Below, piece by piece: positions 46,719 to 59,654 of a stretch of DNA of 64,000 bases. A program made the translations under genes and the position numbers. Position 1 is the stretch's first letter; every line of letters begins with the position of its first letter. The notes beneath the pieces are model-generated. The model was not told where the DNA came from and ran no database searches. It saw only the letters and a list, made by a program, of their open reading frames with translations. Source of the stretch: Dudresnaya verticillata. Its lineage: Eukaryota. The stretch covers positions 2,418,001 through 2,482,000 of the forward strand of contig OZ374564.1 of NCBI GenBank assembly GCA_977862235.1, written 5' to 3'.

Positions 46719-49700
46719 CCCATTCGAGCGCAATAACGAGATTGCTTCGTGTCGGCGACGATATGCCTCTTTTGGGTCTGGAAGCCCAGGTATTCTACAG
46801 TAGGTTGGTCGACCTGACACGAGCCCATGACGAGGACAGCTAGCCAAGTCCGGAAAGCACCAGTGCTCACGGCGAGGACTCGCGCCCAGGAGAAGCATGG
46901 CTTTGCGAGGGTAGCACGAAAGCATCAGAGCGGTGACGTAAGACCGTCTCGTCCTTCCTCTGCTGCTGCAGGACAGAGCCTGAACAGGTGCTCAAGGCAT
47001 TGCATCCCTTGGACGATGGTCACCGTTATGGGTTTGTAGTGCACATTATGCAGATTGCAGGAATCGGTGCTGAATGTATTCGGCGGGAAGGGTGAAGCTG
47101 CGATGCACCTGCGAAAGAATCGTGACACAAACGCTGAAAGCAATAACTTAATCCGTCCAAGACCTCCTTGGTGAACCGCACCGATATTCACGGCCTTCCT
47201 TTGAGTGAGGCGATGCACGTGGATGGCTATGTGCACACAGCTTAAGCCTGACATAGCGGGGCTGCTCGCGCCCGACGGCAGCGGTCGGCGACATGCCAAC
47301 AATTGCGAACGTGGCCACGTTGCTTTCAGGCCTCGATTGGCAATGTAGCCGGAGGTAGCACAGCGCGACCCCGAGCCACATCTGCTAGCGCGACAAAGAC
47401 GTTCTGGGCTTGGTCGAGCTGTATGAAATAGTCGTTGTCAACTTTGTCAAGCAGGCTTACCGAGGCCAGCGACTATGGACTCGTGAGTCACATGAGGAGC
47501 AGGCGACCGGCGAGCGCGTGGGCGAGGCGCGAGATGGCCGGCGCTGGCGGCGGCATGTCGAGTAGCGCGACGCGGGTGGCGTCATGTGGCAAGCAGCGGG
47601 TAGAGCGCAGCGTAGACGGGGACTGGGCTCTCCAGCGCGCTGACACCGAGATTTGGCAATCTTGGATTCGGCTTGGACGTAGACGCGGGTCGAGGGAGGT
47701 GCTGGTGCTGCTGCTGCCGGCGCGGGCGAGGGCCGCGTTTGTAGAAGCAGCGCAAGCGTTGCAGCATGATGCGCGCTTGGAAGCAATGGTAGATCGGGCG
47801 TGTGGGCGGGGGGACGGGCAGCCGACCGGGCGGTCGGGTGCCCGGGGTGCGGCGGCCGCGGCAGCGAGTGGGCCGCGGGTGCGTGGCAGTGCAGTCTGAG
47901 ACCCGAGAACAATTTTGATAACTCAACTGTCGGCCTTGGGGCTTCCTGCGCAGGTGGAAGGGAATACTGTGCACGGCGCCAAGTGTAACGCTCCGTAACG
48001 CGTAACGCTTCAGCAAAGGAGCGGACTGTAATGCTCGGGCTGAACGCTGAAGGCGTGCGGTTGGAGGTGGACGTGCCTCCCGCGCACGACTCGTTGATGC
48101 TTTTGATTTTGTCATTTTGTCGAGTTGCGGCTGCTGTGAGGCGTGCCAGCAGATAACGTTGTTTGGATCCGGCTGCACAGCAGCGCACGGAGTGCCCACT
48201 GTAGGAATTTATCATACATTGTCGTACGCGCCGGCACGTCGGCCAAGCACCGTACTTCCGTCAGTGGCCTTGGCGGGTCGCCAACGTCGATTTCGTCTGG
48301 ATTCAGCGCAATACGAACGGTTCCGTATTGTACTTTTCCTTTATATTTGAGAGCATTTGTCTTTGGCGCGTGCCTTAGATTTAATGGTATTTTAGGATGT
48401 CAGTTATGTCAGGGGGACCAAACCGAATATCACGTGCACTTTGGGGACGGTGCCGAGTAAAGATACTGCACTACTCACATGTTCGGCGCCGAACTTGATC
48501 CGTTGATTGCACCTCAACCTAAAGTACTGTACCCTTGTTGCACGCCAATAGCGGATTTCTTCGTCGGTGTCCAAGCCCAATTGACATCGGCCTATCTCCC
48601 CGCGATGACACCGTGTACCGTGTGCGCATATGCGCTGTGCGAATCTGAACAGCATCCACACGCCAGATTGCTTGATGATTGCCCTCACCGAGATATGCAA
48701 CGCCAATACAGCTGAAATGCCGGTGCCAGACATACAGCCCTGCGCCGACCAAATTTGTCCAGCAAACACTTCGAAGACTATCTGCAAGCAACAAGCCGCT
48801 CACAGCGCCAGGATGTGTGAGCCTGCCCACTCCACTTTTTTTGCCCGCTGCCCCTAGTCACCCTTTCCCTTTAGAAAGTCTGTTCCGCGTCTCCAAACTT
48901 GATTCGTCTGCTGCTGTCGTCTCCTTGCAAACTGCAGAGATCGCTCTACACTCCACGACAGTAGCCTGTTTTACCCAGAGACAAAACTACCGACAGCTCT
49001 ATGTCAGAAATGGCGCATGTTCCAGGACTGTAGAGATACCAGTACAAGTAAAATCTCGACCCAACCATGTCCGGGAGACAGACATGCCCTTAGACATCCT
49101 TTGCAAACTGATGTGTGTCCCAAAGCTCCATTTGCTGCATCAGTTTGTGTACAATTTGCCCATCCCGTGTGCACATTGTTTGTACGTAACATCTTTGCCT
49201 CGCCTTCGACAGAATTGTGGTAATACTGTAAAACTGTATGTAAAGTTTAAATGCATCCCACTTGAACACCTCAGACTCTGTGAACGCCTTCTGCAAGGCA
49301 AACACGAACAAACACGATCTCTGTGGTGTTAGCACAGGCCGACGGGCTTTCGGAGCAGCGCACGGATCGAGTCCTGTCTACATTGTAGATTCTGCGTCCG
49401 CACAAACGACCCAGATTAGTAAATAACAATGATGTACAATATGGTAAGTTGCGATGCACCCACACATCCTCTACCGTCATCTTGGTGACATCCGTCCTTC
49501 CACTTCAAGAGTAGGCGCTTTAGCGAATAGAGTCGGTTTTAGGAATTCACTCCCAATCAATTTTGTTCGTCCTTGTCTGCCGACATCCTCCCCGCGGGGC
49601 CGGAGAAGCTTCGCCCGAAAGGACCATCAACAGTAGCGATGCCTTTTGTACAGCCTTGTGATTTATGCAAGACTTTCTGTTACAGTTACACCTTCTCCCT

Positions 49701-50643
49701 TATCGACTATCCGCAAAATATCTCTTGTTCATGTGTTACGTGTTCCCAGAAGGATGAGGACGTGAGGCTACCAACTGTTTCAAATAATCATCCTAGGATA
49801 TAAGATAGACTCTTCATCCTATGGTGATGGACATCTATGGTGCCATTGGTTCTGGATTCGATCGAGGCTCTCAGCGCGCGGCGAATTTCCGAGCTACTAC
49901 GAAGGGTACTTCGCCGAGAGCTGAGAAACGCTCTCTTCTACCCCACCTCACCTCTCTTGTGCTTCTATCTCTCGCGGTGGCTGTTAACCGCCGTTCACTC
50001 TTCGACCGTCGCCTTTCACACGAGTTTTAGTTAGGCCCCCTTACGGGGATGTAGTCTTTCCTATGCATAAAGGTCTCCATCTCATTCAAATAAAGTTCCC
50101 AAATCTGAAACCCTCGGAAGCCATTTAAGGAGGGCAAAGCCTGCTGTCGTCACTCTTTTCAAATCACATCATTCTGACTCAAGCAAGTGCAATCGATCAT
50201 AACACTTCCCCGCATTCCGAAATGAAATCGTATTCGTGGCACCAAGAGACAAGGGTGTTATACCTTTCATCCCGATCCATCTACGGCGCGCTCACAGCAT
50301 TCCTGAACTCGAGCGTATCGAGATGTACACTAGAAGAGGTACTAATATCGTTGCAATTACGGTGTCATGGCAACGATACAATTCTTCTTTTCACTGATGT
50401 GCACCCCTATCAAAGAGAATAGATAGCTTCCACCCCAAGATGAGAAACCCAGTATAGGTAGGACACAGTCACACACACACAGACACACAGGATATGTCTG
50501 TTCTTGCTTGATAGCTGGCTTCTGAATCGAGTCTCGATCTTTTTGGCAGGACACATTCGTGAAGACACCGAGAGGGACTAGGACTGGCAGGGCCCGAGGC
50601 AGAGTCCACGGGACCTACAGTATCAAGAATTGTCGTCCCACCG

Positions 50644-50650
50644 TATATAA
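50644..50650 (+). promoter_or_regulatory. Putative TATA box
   Basis: TATATAA 149 bp upstream of the ATG at 50793. Confidence 0.45.
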
Positions 50651-50792
50651 TCAAACGTTTTCCCACCTGCGAGCTCCTCAAAACAAGATCACCGCATCTT
50701 TGGGAAGCAACAGAAAGAGTATCGCCGAAGACCAACCAGCTACGCATCGTCTTCCCGCTCTCAACACTGAAAGCCTAACTCTCGATAGCAAT

Positions 50793-51380
50793 ATGACGCG
50801 CGCCGCCATCTTTGTAGTGGTTCTCGCGCTGCTAAACGGGGCATTCGCTCTGAATGATGTTGCTACATGCAGTTACCAGACGTTGGTAACCAAGAAGTGC
50901 GGGGTTTCGCAGCCAGTACCGCATCCCGACTGCTGCTTCCGGTCCCCCAGTACGTGTGCTGTGCAGTACCTAGTGCGCGGTTCGTGGTCTTCCGAGGTGG
51001 AGGTGTTCCCATCCAAGAAGGTTTGCAAGGGGCTGTGCAAGAAGCACTTCAAGGCATGCAAGACGAAGTGCGGGTGCGCGATTCGGCGCAATGTGGTGAG
51101 GGACGGAAGGTTTTGCAAGTGCACGGTGAACGAGAACCTGGACGTGATCCTTAACCGGTGCCGTGCATTGTGCAATAGCGCCAAGAGCACCTGTATTAAG
51201 AACTGCCAGGCGGCTAGGCCCTGCGCCACGGCCAAGACGACGATCCTTTTCGACTCGCAGTGGGGTGGTAAGTGTGGACGGATTCGGTGTTGTCCTGCTG
51301 CGGGTTGCGGACCGTTCATTGGTGCTCGACCGGCTGCTTGTCCCGTTTGTACGGGGGCGGTCTGTAAGTTCACAAGTTAG
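50793..51380 (+). CDS. Secreted Cys-rich protein (195 aa, 24 Cys)
   Basis: Signal peptide MTRAAIFVVVLALLNGAFA, two C-x3-C-x6-C-x3-C motifs, and GC3-rich codons. Confidence 0.82.
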   Translation: MTRAAIFVVVLALLNGAFALNDVATCSYQTLVTKKCGVSQPVPHPDCCFRSPSTCAVQYLVRGSWSSEVEVFPSKKVCKGLCKKHFKACKTKCGCAIRRNVVRDGRFCKCTVNENLDVILNRCRALCNSAKSTCIKNCQAARPCATAKTTILFDSQWGGKCGRIRCCPAAGCGPFIGARPAACPVCTGAVCKFTS

Positions 51381-52536
51381 TAGGTCGGCGGGACCGTGGG
51401 TGCCTACTTAGTTGCTAGTGGGTTGTTTGTTTGAAGGCGTTTCTATGCTGGTTAAATGCTCTGTGTCGGTAAGGTTGTTCAGCGCAAAGTATTTGAATGT
51501 CTCTTGGGAGGGAAAAGCTGCTAATAGGCATTAACGAATAGCTGAAGTAATTGTTTACTGAGGGAGGCGCGGATGCTGAACCATCTCGGGCCGTCATCTG
51601 CAGGTAGACAGCGCAAAGGACGAAAGAAAGTGTGTGTGTGCGTGTGTGAGAAGATTAGTTCACTCTACCCCGTTCTCTCCCTTTTCGCGCCGCGGAACAG
51701 CGCTACCCAAACAATATTACTTGACCCTTTCCTGGGTCACTAATGTTCTCCTACAAGCTCCACTCGTGCCCCCCTGGGCAGTCTTGCAGTAAGCAATCCT
51801 TGTTTCTACGCCTTACAGCAATGGCAAGGCAATGATCATCAAAGGAGGGAGATGGTCTTTTGCTCAGTATATACGGTCGGTACTATGGAAGGACTAGCTC
51901 GAGAAAGAAATACTTGGCCACATTGGGAGGCGCAGAACAGCTCATGTACTGTAGTGCGAGGTACGAGCGAGGTACGAGCCGTCATAAGTAGAGTCGATTG
52001 GGCCATTGCGATTGACGCTTATATTGTATTACAGTGAATTTCGGGGTGCCGGCCAACGATTGGTCGCGGCGTCTTAAAAATATCTTGTTTTGCTCAACGA
52101 ACGAGGGTACAGTAGTACTTGTACAGTACCGCGATTAGACGTATTCACACCGCTCGTGTAGCTTCTTCTCTCTCGAGACTCGCCAAGCCCTAGGCTCGAA
52201 CTGCACAACTTCACTTGCGTCAGAGTAGAGCAGAGGAGGAGAGCACCAACGGTACCCACTTGGCCCTAGTCCCACAAACAGGAAAGTCCGTTGGTGCATT
52301 TCGCTCTAAAAGCCCAGTTGCAGGGCGCAGCGCCATATGATACATGACGCATGCTGCTCAGCGTGTGTACTCACTTTCCCAACCCAACCCTCGCATCCCT
52401 ACTACCACCATGTGCTTCAACTAGCATCCAAACCTTGCAAGCCACGCCCACAATCAGAATCTCCTTCGCACCCGGACCGTCCGGTCCCCCCGCAATCCTG
52501 CCCTCTTCTCTCCGAACTCCCCTAACCAACAAAAAC

Positions 52537-53343
52537 ATGGCCTTCGAATCCTCCCCAGACGCCATAGCCGCCGTCTTGGAACGCGTGGCCGATCTCGAAC
52601 AGTCAGTCTTCGGCAAGCTAGACTCAATTCGCTCCACCTCGTTCCGTCAAGCAGCCTTTGCGCCTCCTCCCGTCCACCGCCAGCTCGCCAACCCAGCCCC
52701 GCTCGGTCTGCTCGGCTTCGCAGTCGCATCCACAGTCTCCGGCGTTCTCAAGCTCTCCCCTGACAACTCTGCCTTTTTCGACGGTGTCTTCGCTGCCACC
52801 TCCTTCTTCATCGGTGGCATGGCCCAGATCATTGCAGCTTGCTTCCTCATTGTCCTCAACCATGCACACGCCGCAACCGCCTTCGGCATTTATGGCTTCC
52901 ATTGGGCTACCACCGGCTTCATCTTCTTCTTCCGTTCCCTCACAGACCCAACCTTTCGCTCCACCCCGCGACCAGCAGCTTCCGTCGTCTACAATCTCGC
53001 CTTCGTCGCCGTCACTGTCGTCTTGTGGGTTCCCACGTTTCGAATGAATCTCGTTCTCAACGCTACCTTCGTCGCCATTGCCCTCGTTTTTACTCTCGAT
53101 GTTCTCACCGCGTATGGTTTCAGGGCTGCAGAAGTTGCGTCTGGCTTATGTCAATGTTGCGCGGGTGCCCTTGGGTTCTACGCTGCCTTGCTTGATTTGG
53201 TCAACGAGGCTTGGCAACGACCTATCCTCCCCTTGTTTCCGCACAAAGAACATAAGGACGACTACAAGTCTGGTGCCGGTGTACTTCCGTATGTGCCCAA
53301 GCGAACCTACCACAAGTCAGCAATGTCTTCCATTCACTTGTAG
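52537..53343 (+). CDS. GPR1/FUN34/YaaH (SatP/AceTr) family acetate/carboxylate transporter
   Basis: Signature ANPAPLGLLGFA, FIGG.AQ, TAFGIYGFHW and about six hydrophobic segments. AAAACATGG start context. Confidence 0.93.
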   Translation: MAFESSPDAIAAVLERVADLEQSVFGKLDSIRSTSFRQAAFAPPPVHRQLANPAPLGLLGFAVASTVSGVLKLSPDNSAFFDGVFAATSFFIGGMAQIIAACFLIVLNHAHAATAFGIYGFHWATTGFIFFFRSLTDPTFRSTPRPAASVVYNLAFVAVTVVLWVPTFRMNLVLNATFVAIALVFTLDVLTAYGFRAAEVASGLCQCCAGALGFYAALLDLVNEAWQRPILPLFPHKEHKDDYKSGAGVLPYVPKRTYHKSAMSSIHL

Positions 53344-54366
53344 CGCGATGCGGTTTGGGATGCGGTTTGGGTGGGAGTTCTGTGGTTTGCTTTTGACTTT
53401 CCTCTTGAAGGTTTGCCAACTGCCTGAATGACGGAAGACATTCTTTTTGAGCGGTGTGCGGCTCACTCCTCCTCTGCCTTTTTCAAACACGGTCATGGGC
53501 CTTATTTTCTTGAGAACATGAGGTGCATTTGACCAGATAAATCGCATGTCAATGTTGATTTCGGAAAGGGTTGTTTTCCGGGATTTGCGTTTCAAGTTTC
53601 TTCAACACTATCATGTCGAGGAGGATGGTTCTCTCAGGGACCCAAAAGAAGAAACTATTCGAATATTCTTGAGAGTTGGGCTTGATGCTGGGTAGAGCAA
53701 CAACCCTGCATTTCATCTGTTGGATGAGAAAGTGAACGAAATACTTTGACATCTAACAATGTGCAATGCATCCTTTTAGCACCAAGTGTTGAATGGTGTA
53801 TGGGAGCTGTTGAACCTGTTGCCTTGTTTACCTAAGCTATCGGTAGCAGTGCCAGCTTACCCTTTATGTTGTCTTCTAACCCTACTGGTAATCACGGCAA
53901 CCTACTGCCCTTTGTAGAGAACCGTTGCCAAGTGGCACTACAGGCTTACTAGCTTGAAGCTTTTGTTATGCAATTTAGAATTGTCAGCTCTACTCTAATC
54001 CAAGAAGATGTTCCGTTGCAGGAACAACTTCTTCTGTTGAAGACGTAACATCTTCAAGCCTGTCCCCGGAGATAGATGTTTTGAACTACCATGTCCCCGG
54101 GGGTAGTTGTTCTGAGGGCATAGCGGTTTGGGCTACTGTAGAAGATACCGTTTACGAATAGAACAGCTACTTTATCCATACCGTTTAGAATCAGCAGTAG
54201 TGCTGTTCTTTATCAAACGCATAGAGTAGGCTCGGAGCTTTGGAGCAAGCGGCTCCGTAATAGAATATAAAAGCTCCGCCCTTTTCTCTCTCGAGGAAGA
54301 AAAGGGCAGAGGTCTTCGCATTGCAGCAAAAACAAGACAGCACCCAACAATCCAAGGAGGAAGTGT

Positions 54367-54496
54367 TTATACCTTACAATTAGAACTGCACCAATGTCGA
54401 CAATTACAAACGCGTTATACCTTACAATTAGAACTGCACCAATGTCGACAATTACAAACGCGCCAGTGTCTACAATTAGACATGCGCCAGTGTTCA
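54367..54496. repeat. Minisatellite with a 24-bp period and a 48-bp higher-order duplication
   Basis: Five units starting ACAATTA. TTATACCTTACAATTAGAACTGCACCAATGTCGACAATTACAAACGCG occurs twice. Confidence 0.88.
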
Positions 54497-56074
54497 AAAT
54501 GTGGGTCTAGCAGGCAAGCCACAGTTAGACTTCAACACCAAGATTGACATTAAGGCCATTGTGGGTGCTCAACATCGAGTACCCCTTGTTCCATTTGAGC
54601 TCAAAACGTTCACATGTACAATTCTGTCAGGTGGAACAGTCGGGTACCGTGTTCCGGGTGCGGTGTTCCCTGAGGGCACAAATACCCAGCTCTTGTAAAC
54701 GCTTGACTTTTCATGTTCAGCCCGTGTTTTAAAATGTCCCACAGAGCAAGATTGGTGCTAGTGACGGATCTGTATGCTTGGAGTTCGGGGTGGGGGGTAT
54801 TGAAACTTCCAGGAAGGATTAAGGCCTTGCTTTGTGCGGATGCCGCATATCTCTTCAATAAAATGTCGCGACAAGCCCGATGTTTCTCATTCCCCATGCT
54901 GGATCTCTTATAAACCAGAATTGCTGAAACTTAAATCACCGGTGAGCTTGACATCGTCGCCTACTGCTGGTAACAGGTCTTGGGCATTATTAAAAGTGAA
55001 GTAACATGATTGCATTTCGAGGCACGAAGAAGATATCTATTATCGAGAGGCTCGAGAAAGTGTAACGTGGACCACTTGTCCTGAGACAAGGTGTTTGTAT
55101 GATGACCAAATTCTGGTCGGGAAACTGCTCAGCGCCCCGTCCTCTTGAGAGCGTCTGCTTCGCTTCTTTGTGATGACGCCCTCAAGATCAAGATGCCCTC
55201 TTTGACACTCTCGAACTTGGTGACGCACTTTCGTCGTGCGTTACTGTCGAGCCTGCAGACAATCCAGTTTCAAGCGCAATTGCCTGAACCTTGACACAAG
55301 CTTCCTTTACAGGACGCCTTTATAAGAAAATCATGGACTCCTGCACCCTGTCGCTAGGCTTCTCTGAGTTTTTGTTTCCGGCCCTCCCATCCCTGTGAGA
55401 ACACGGTGTTCTCCAAGTTTCTCTGCTCCTCGCAACCTTAGGACGCGATTTTGTTCTGTATTCATAGCAGTAACCTTTTCCAGTGGTTGGGAATAGGGTC
55501 AGCAGGAGCCGTGGTTGTTCGTGTACATCTACCTGGTGCATCCGGACCGCCCAATCCTCTGAACCAGGCAGGCTGCTTGTCAAAGCTTCGTTGATGACCA
55601 GTTCTGCTTAAGTACTTGAGTGCCTTATGTACTGTTCTAGTGTCCTGGAAGATAGCGGAGATACATGGAGCATATTCATTCTATTGCACTGCCAACTGAT
55701 TCGGAGAGATTTTCAGTTGGTGTACCAATCGCTATACACACTTGAAAAGTCATGTTAAGAGCAGCGAGCCTGCCTAACGTCCTCAAATCAGAACTGCTGG
55801 GTTGCAAGAATACAAGCGCTCCGAAACGGTATCTTTTGGACGCAGTATGAATTTCTACACAGAGGACTTGCTTCGTCGGACAGTTCTGAGTTGCACCTCG
55901 TTCCTGGATGGCTGCGATAACGATGCTAGAGCCGTCGGCTACAGCAGTCATCCCGACCTATAAGAGAACCCGGCCGAAGACAACCATCGCTTTCCCGGCA
56001 AGTTCTTTCCTTCGTTCTCAACCCAGTTGCGAACAAAGGATTTCCGTCACTCCGACAGGCGAACCACTCAAACA

Positions 56075-56518
56075 ATGACCGAACCCAACCCTTCTCGTGA
56101 ACCCAACGCTACATCAACTACTCTCTCAATTGCTGCCGTAACGCCCAACGACTATGCTGCGCTTGTCAATCACCCGCTTGCTTCTGGTATGGTGGTTCGT
56201 AGGGCTTTGTGTCCTCGCTCCAGCCCTGTTCTCAACGAGGTAGGTTTCTTCAAATCTGAGACTAGGCTCTACCTGGAGACCTACCGAAAGGATCGTCGCA
56301 ATGCAAAGGATCTTGAATATATTCATTCAACCGGCTGCTGGTTTTAACAGGCTCTGGCCACTCTATCTCTCCTCTCCTCGGAAAGAGATGTCGCCAAGCA
56401 GTCCCGTCTACTTCCACTCCTCGACGAAGGTCTTGATGGTGCTCAGGAAGTCCTCGCGATGTGGAGTGTTCATTTCAAGACTGCGCTGTCCACGTGACAG
56501 CCTGGTGCTATAGGACAG
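56075..56518 (+). pseudogene. Decayed coding fragment of unknown (possibly transposon) origin, truncated by LTR D
   Basis: ATG, then protein-like reading continuing past an in-frame TAA (GCWF*QALATLSLL..GLDGAQEVL). No family recognised. Confidence 0.3.
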
Positions 56519-57383
56519 TGTAGTGCAAGGGGAGGGCTGCCCCTTTTTCGCTTTGAACGTATTATATGCCAACGTCTACCGACGGCACTTCAACCGCCGT
56601 TGGCGCGCGAACACGTCATGGACGATTGGCCCACGGGCATACGGCCGCCGTTGCCCCGCGCGGCGCGGCGCACAGGCGGACTGTACGGGCAGATCCGGAT
56701 GCATTATCCCGATCGCCAAGGCGCAAGGCGCACGCCTGTAAGCTTGACCTGGATCCGGATCGGATCCGAATGGGACATCGGGATCCGACATCGGGATCCA
56801 CGGTGACTTAAGGAGCGCGCCTGTAATAACCGAGCGCCAGCAATGCTGGCGGGGATCTGGATCCGAATCCGGATCACCCGCACTTCTACACGCATGCTCC
56901 CGTAAGTCACCTATTTCTCGCACGCACGCCTGTAAACTGCTCCCGAGCTCCCGCGCACGCGGCTGCATGGCGACGACGACGTGTCAGACACTCGACAGCG
57001 CGACACGCGTCCTGAGTTCTTGCGCACCGCGCCCACCGCCGTCGCCCACGTAGTATATTAGGTAATCCGTCTGAGACGCTGAGTAAACCCCGGACAAGTC
57101 GGTCTTGGTCCAGACTTCCCTGTTCCGCACGCGCGTACACTACCGCTGCCTACGGCCTAAGCGTCCACCTCCCGTTCTTCCACGCTTATCACCGTCTTTG
57201 ACGTGTTTCTTTTATGTTCCCTTTTCCCTTCCTTGCCGCCTCGGGCGTCTACAGTCCGCCCAAGGCGTGTCCACCGCTCTACCACAAGCCGCCTAAGACG
57301 AGTCTACTCACCGCCACGGGCGCAGCTACCCACCGAGCCCCGAACTGCTCGGCGGTGTTCCGTCTTCAGACGTTTGAAACACA
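56519..57383 (+). mobile_element. 5' LTR of a family D element, followed by a PBS; internal region interrupted at 57439
   Basis: TGTAGTGCAAGGGG...TTTGAAACACA, homologous to 26078-26979. Followed after 2 nt by TGGTCTTCCAAGCTAGAA. Confidence 0.88.
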
Positions 57384-57385
57384 TC

Positions 57386-57403
57386 TGGTCTTCCAAGCTA
57401 GAA
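57386..57403 (+). promoter_or_regulatory. Primer-binding site (tRNA-Tyr-like variant)
   Basis: TGGTCTTCCAAGCTAGAA, the complement of TTCTAGC-TTGGAAG-A-CCA. Confidence 0.7.
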
Positions 57404-57438
57404 TTCTGCTACGTTTCAACGACTGACTTCGTCGTGTG

Positions 57439-58979
57439 TGTAGTAGAATGGCTTTCAAGCCAGAGTAGACGGCCACACATCACGACAGCTGTCCTGAAAG
57501 CGTGATCCCACTCGCGTGGTTGTTTGCTCGAAAAAAGGTGGTAGAGACTTGAGAGGGCGGCAAGCCCTGCAACATAGGGGGAAAGGGAAGGCGAACCGTA
57601 CTGCTTAGAGCAGTCGTCGTAGGTAGCACGGCTTGTAAACGCCTAACGGGGGTTGTAGCGGTGATACCGTGAGAGTCCAACAAAGGGAAAAAACCCAAGG
57701 CACACACCGCTGCCCGTTTACTGCGGGGCCCCTGCTACTCAGGGGGCTAATAAATACGGCGGGGGCCGGAAAGATACTACCCGCTCAGTGAGAGCTATAC
57801 TTCTAACAGTGAGCTAATACTGCACACTAACAGTTATACTTAGCGGTTAAAAATAGGAATGAGCGGTCACACCGCTTCCGTACGTACGGCGCCATCGTAA
57901 GACGCCGCGCCCAAAATAGGCGTGAAATCATGGTGCATATCCAACACTCAGCGCGCAAAGTTGTGGTGCAAACGTCTGTGACGGTATACCGCCGAGCAGT
58001 TCGGGGCTCGGTGGGTAGCTGCGCCCGTGGGGGTGAGTAGGCTCGCCTTGGGCGACTTGTGGTAGAGCAAAGGATACGCCTTGGGCGGACTGTAAACGCC
58101 CGAGGCGGAAGGGAAAAGGGAACAGAAAGGAAACACGTCAAGGACGGGGATAGACGTGGAAGCACGGGAGGTAGACGCTTGAGCCGTAGGCAGCGGTAGG
58201 ATACGCGCGTGCGGAACGGGGAAGTCTGGACCAAGGCAGGCTTGCCCGAGCGTTTACTGTTACGTCCGGGACGGCTTACCTAAGTATAGTACGGCGGTGC
58301 GGCGGCGGCGGTGCGTGTGCGTAGCGTGGGAACTCGGTACACGTGTCGTCCCGAGGCGCGTCTGACAGATCACCCATCGCATGCAGCCGCGCGCCTGACA
58401 GGTTGCCGTGCAACCCCCTTTGTGGGTGCTTACATACACACGTGGACGCGTGTGCCTTACAGCTGTGCGCGCGCGTGTACTGTAGAGCGCGCGCCTTGGA
58501 TCTAATCCGATACTTGTTCGATCCCGATCCCATCCGGATCCGGCCAGCAATGCGAACACCCGCAGCCTTACAGGCGCGTATCTTACAGCTCAGGCGATCC
58601 AGATAGCCAATCTGGATACCGGATCCGGATCCCATCTGGATCCGTATTACAGTGCCCCGGGGCGCCACGTCGGCCCATCACCGTACAGTGCCCGCGTGGC
58701 GCGCGGCGCGCAGTGTGCGCGCGCGCCCCAGTAAGCTGTCGATGACGTGTTCGCGCGCCAACGGCGGTGGTGAGCGCCGGTGGCGGTTTCTACGTCGGTC
58801 GAGGTATTTGTTGCTGCCCGCTTTCAGCGAAAAAGGGCTCACCTCCCCTTGCACCACAAAAGTGCTCACGCAGTAAGTTGTCCAATGGAAAGCAGCCATC
58901 TCACTCCTGTGTCCCACGCCTTACAGGCGTCGCGTGTACACGTGGCTCCTTACAGCGCCTCAGCGCTCGTTATACCACA
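57439..58979 (-). repeat. 3' LTR of family C with a nested D solo LTR
   Basis: Homologous to 9077-9725 once 57962-58863 is removed. Minus-strand polypurine tract AAGAAGGGGGCCG is adjacent at 58980-58992. Confidence 0.92.
57962..58858 (-). mobile_element. Solo LTR (family D), 897 bp
   Basis: TGTGGTGCA...TGCACCACA termini and perfect TSD AAAGT. The empty site is seen at ~9601 in the other C LTR. Confidence 0.95.
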
Positions 58980-59654
58980 CGGCCCCCTTCTTAAGACTGA
59001 GCGACCGCGCTCAGTAGAGAGCTGTACAGCGATACTGTTTCCAAGGCCGGTGGCCGTTGAGATTGAGATCTCGAGCCGTTCATTGGCCCGGCGCGCGCGT
59101 TGTGCAAACGCCTCCCAGTGTCCCATCGCTACGAGGCGCCAGGTCACTATGTTCACGGTTTGAGCCGTCGGCGCCGAAGCGACCGGTATCTATTGCGCGA
59201 AACGCCAGACGGGCGCGCACTTATTTCAACGCCGGCTTGCAGCCATCTTTTCGTGTTCGGTGCCCACAGCCACCAACAGCCGTAACTCTTCACCGGACCG
59301 CCCGGCTTCTGCTCCTTGCATCCGCCCCGCGTGAGCGCGTTCATCATCCGCGGTTCTCACCGTTGCGCACCGTCGCCCAGCATCGAGCCCTACGACCTCC
59401 GCCGTGCGCACCCCGCTCTTCCCGGCTCACAGCCTTTTCTCAGGTCGTGCTCGTCAGTCTCTGGACTTGGCTCTGGAGCCGATATTCAGGCAGAAGAACG
59501 GCTTTAGCGCCGTAGGAGTAACCAAGTCGCGCTCACGACCCTTCAGGGTCAGTTCTGGAGCCGACGCTAATCAGGAGAAAAGGTCGCCGAACCTTAGAAG
59601 ACGCGATCCGGAAACGACTTCGAAGCCGTTGGCATTCTTGCACATTAAATCGAG

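Noticed and set aside
46925..49335. Several 100-250-aa ORFs in the GC-rich 47-49 kb region
   Set aside because: No recognisable motifs or consistent exon chain. A spliced gene cannot be excluded.
54367..54496. CRISPR-like or coding interpretation of the periodic repeat (ORF 54213-54497)
   Set aside because: The units are adjacent with no unique spacers, there are no cas genes and the context is eukaryotic. It is a minisatellite.
55320..55583. WAVRMHQVDV resembling the copia RT motif HQMDV
   Set aside because: There is no following AFL or YGLKQ motif and no other copia evidence.
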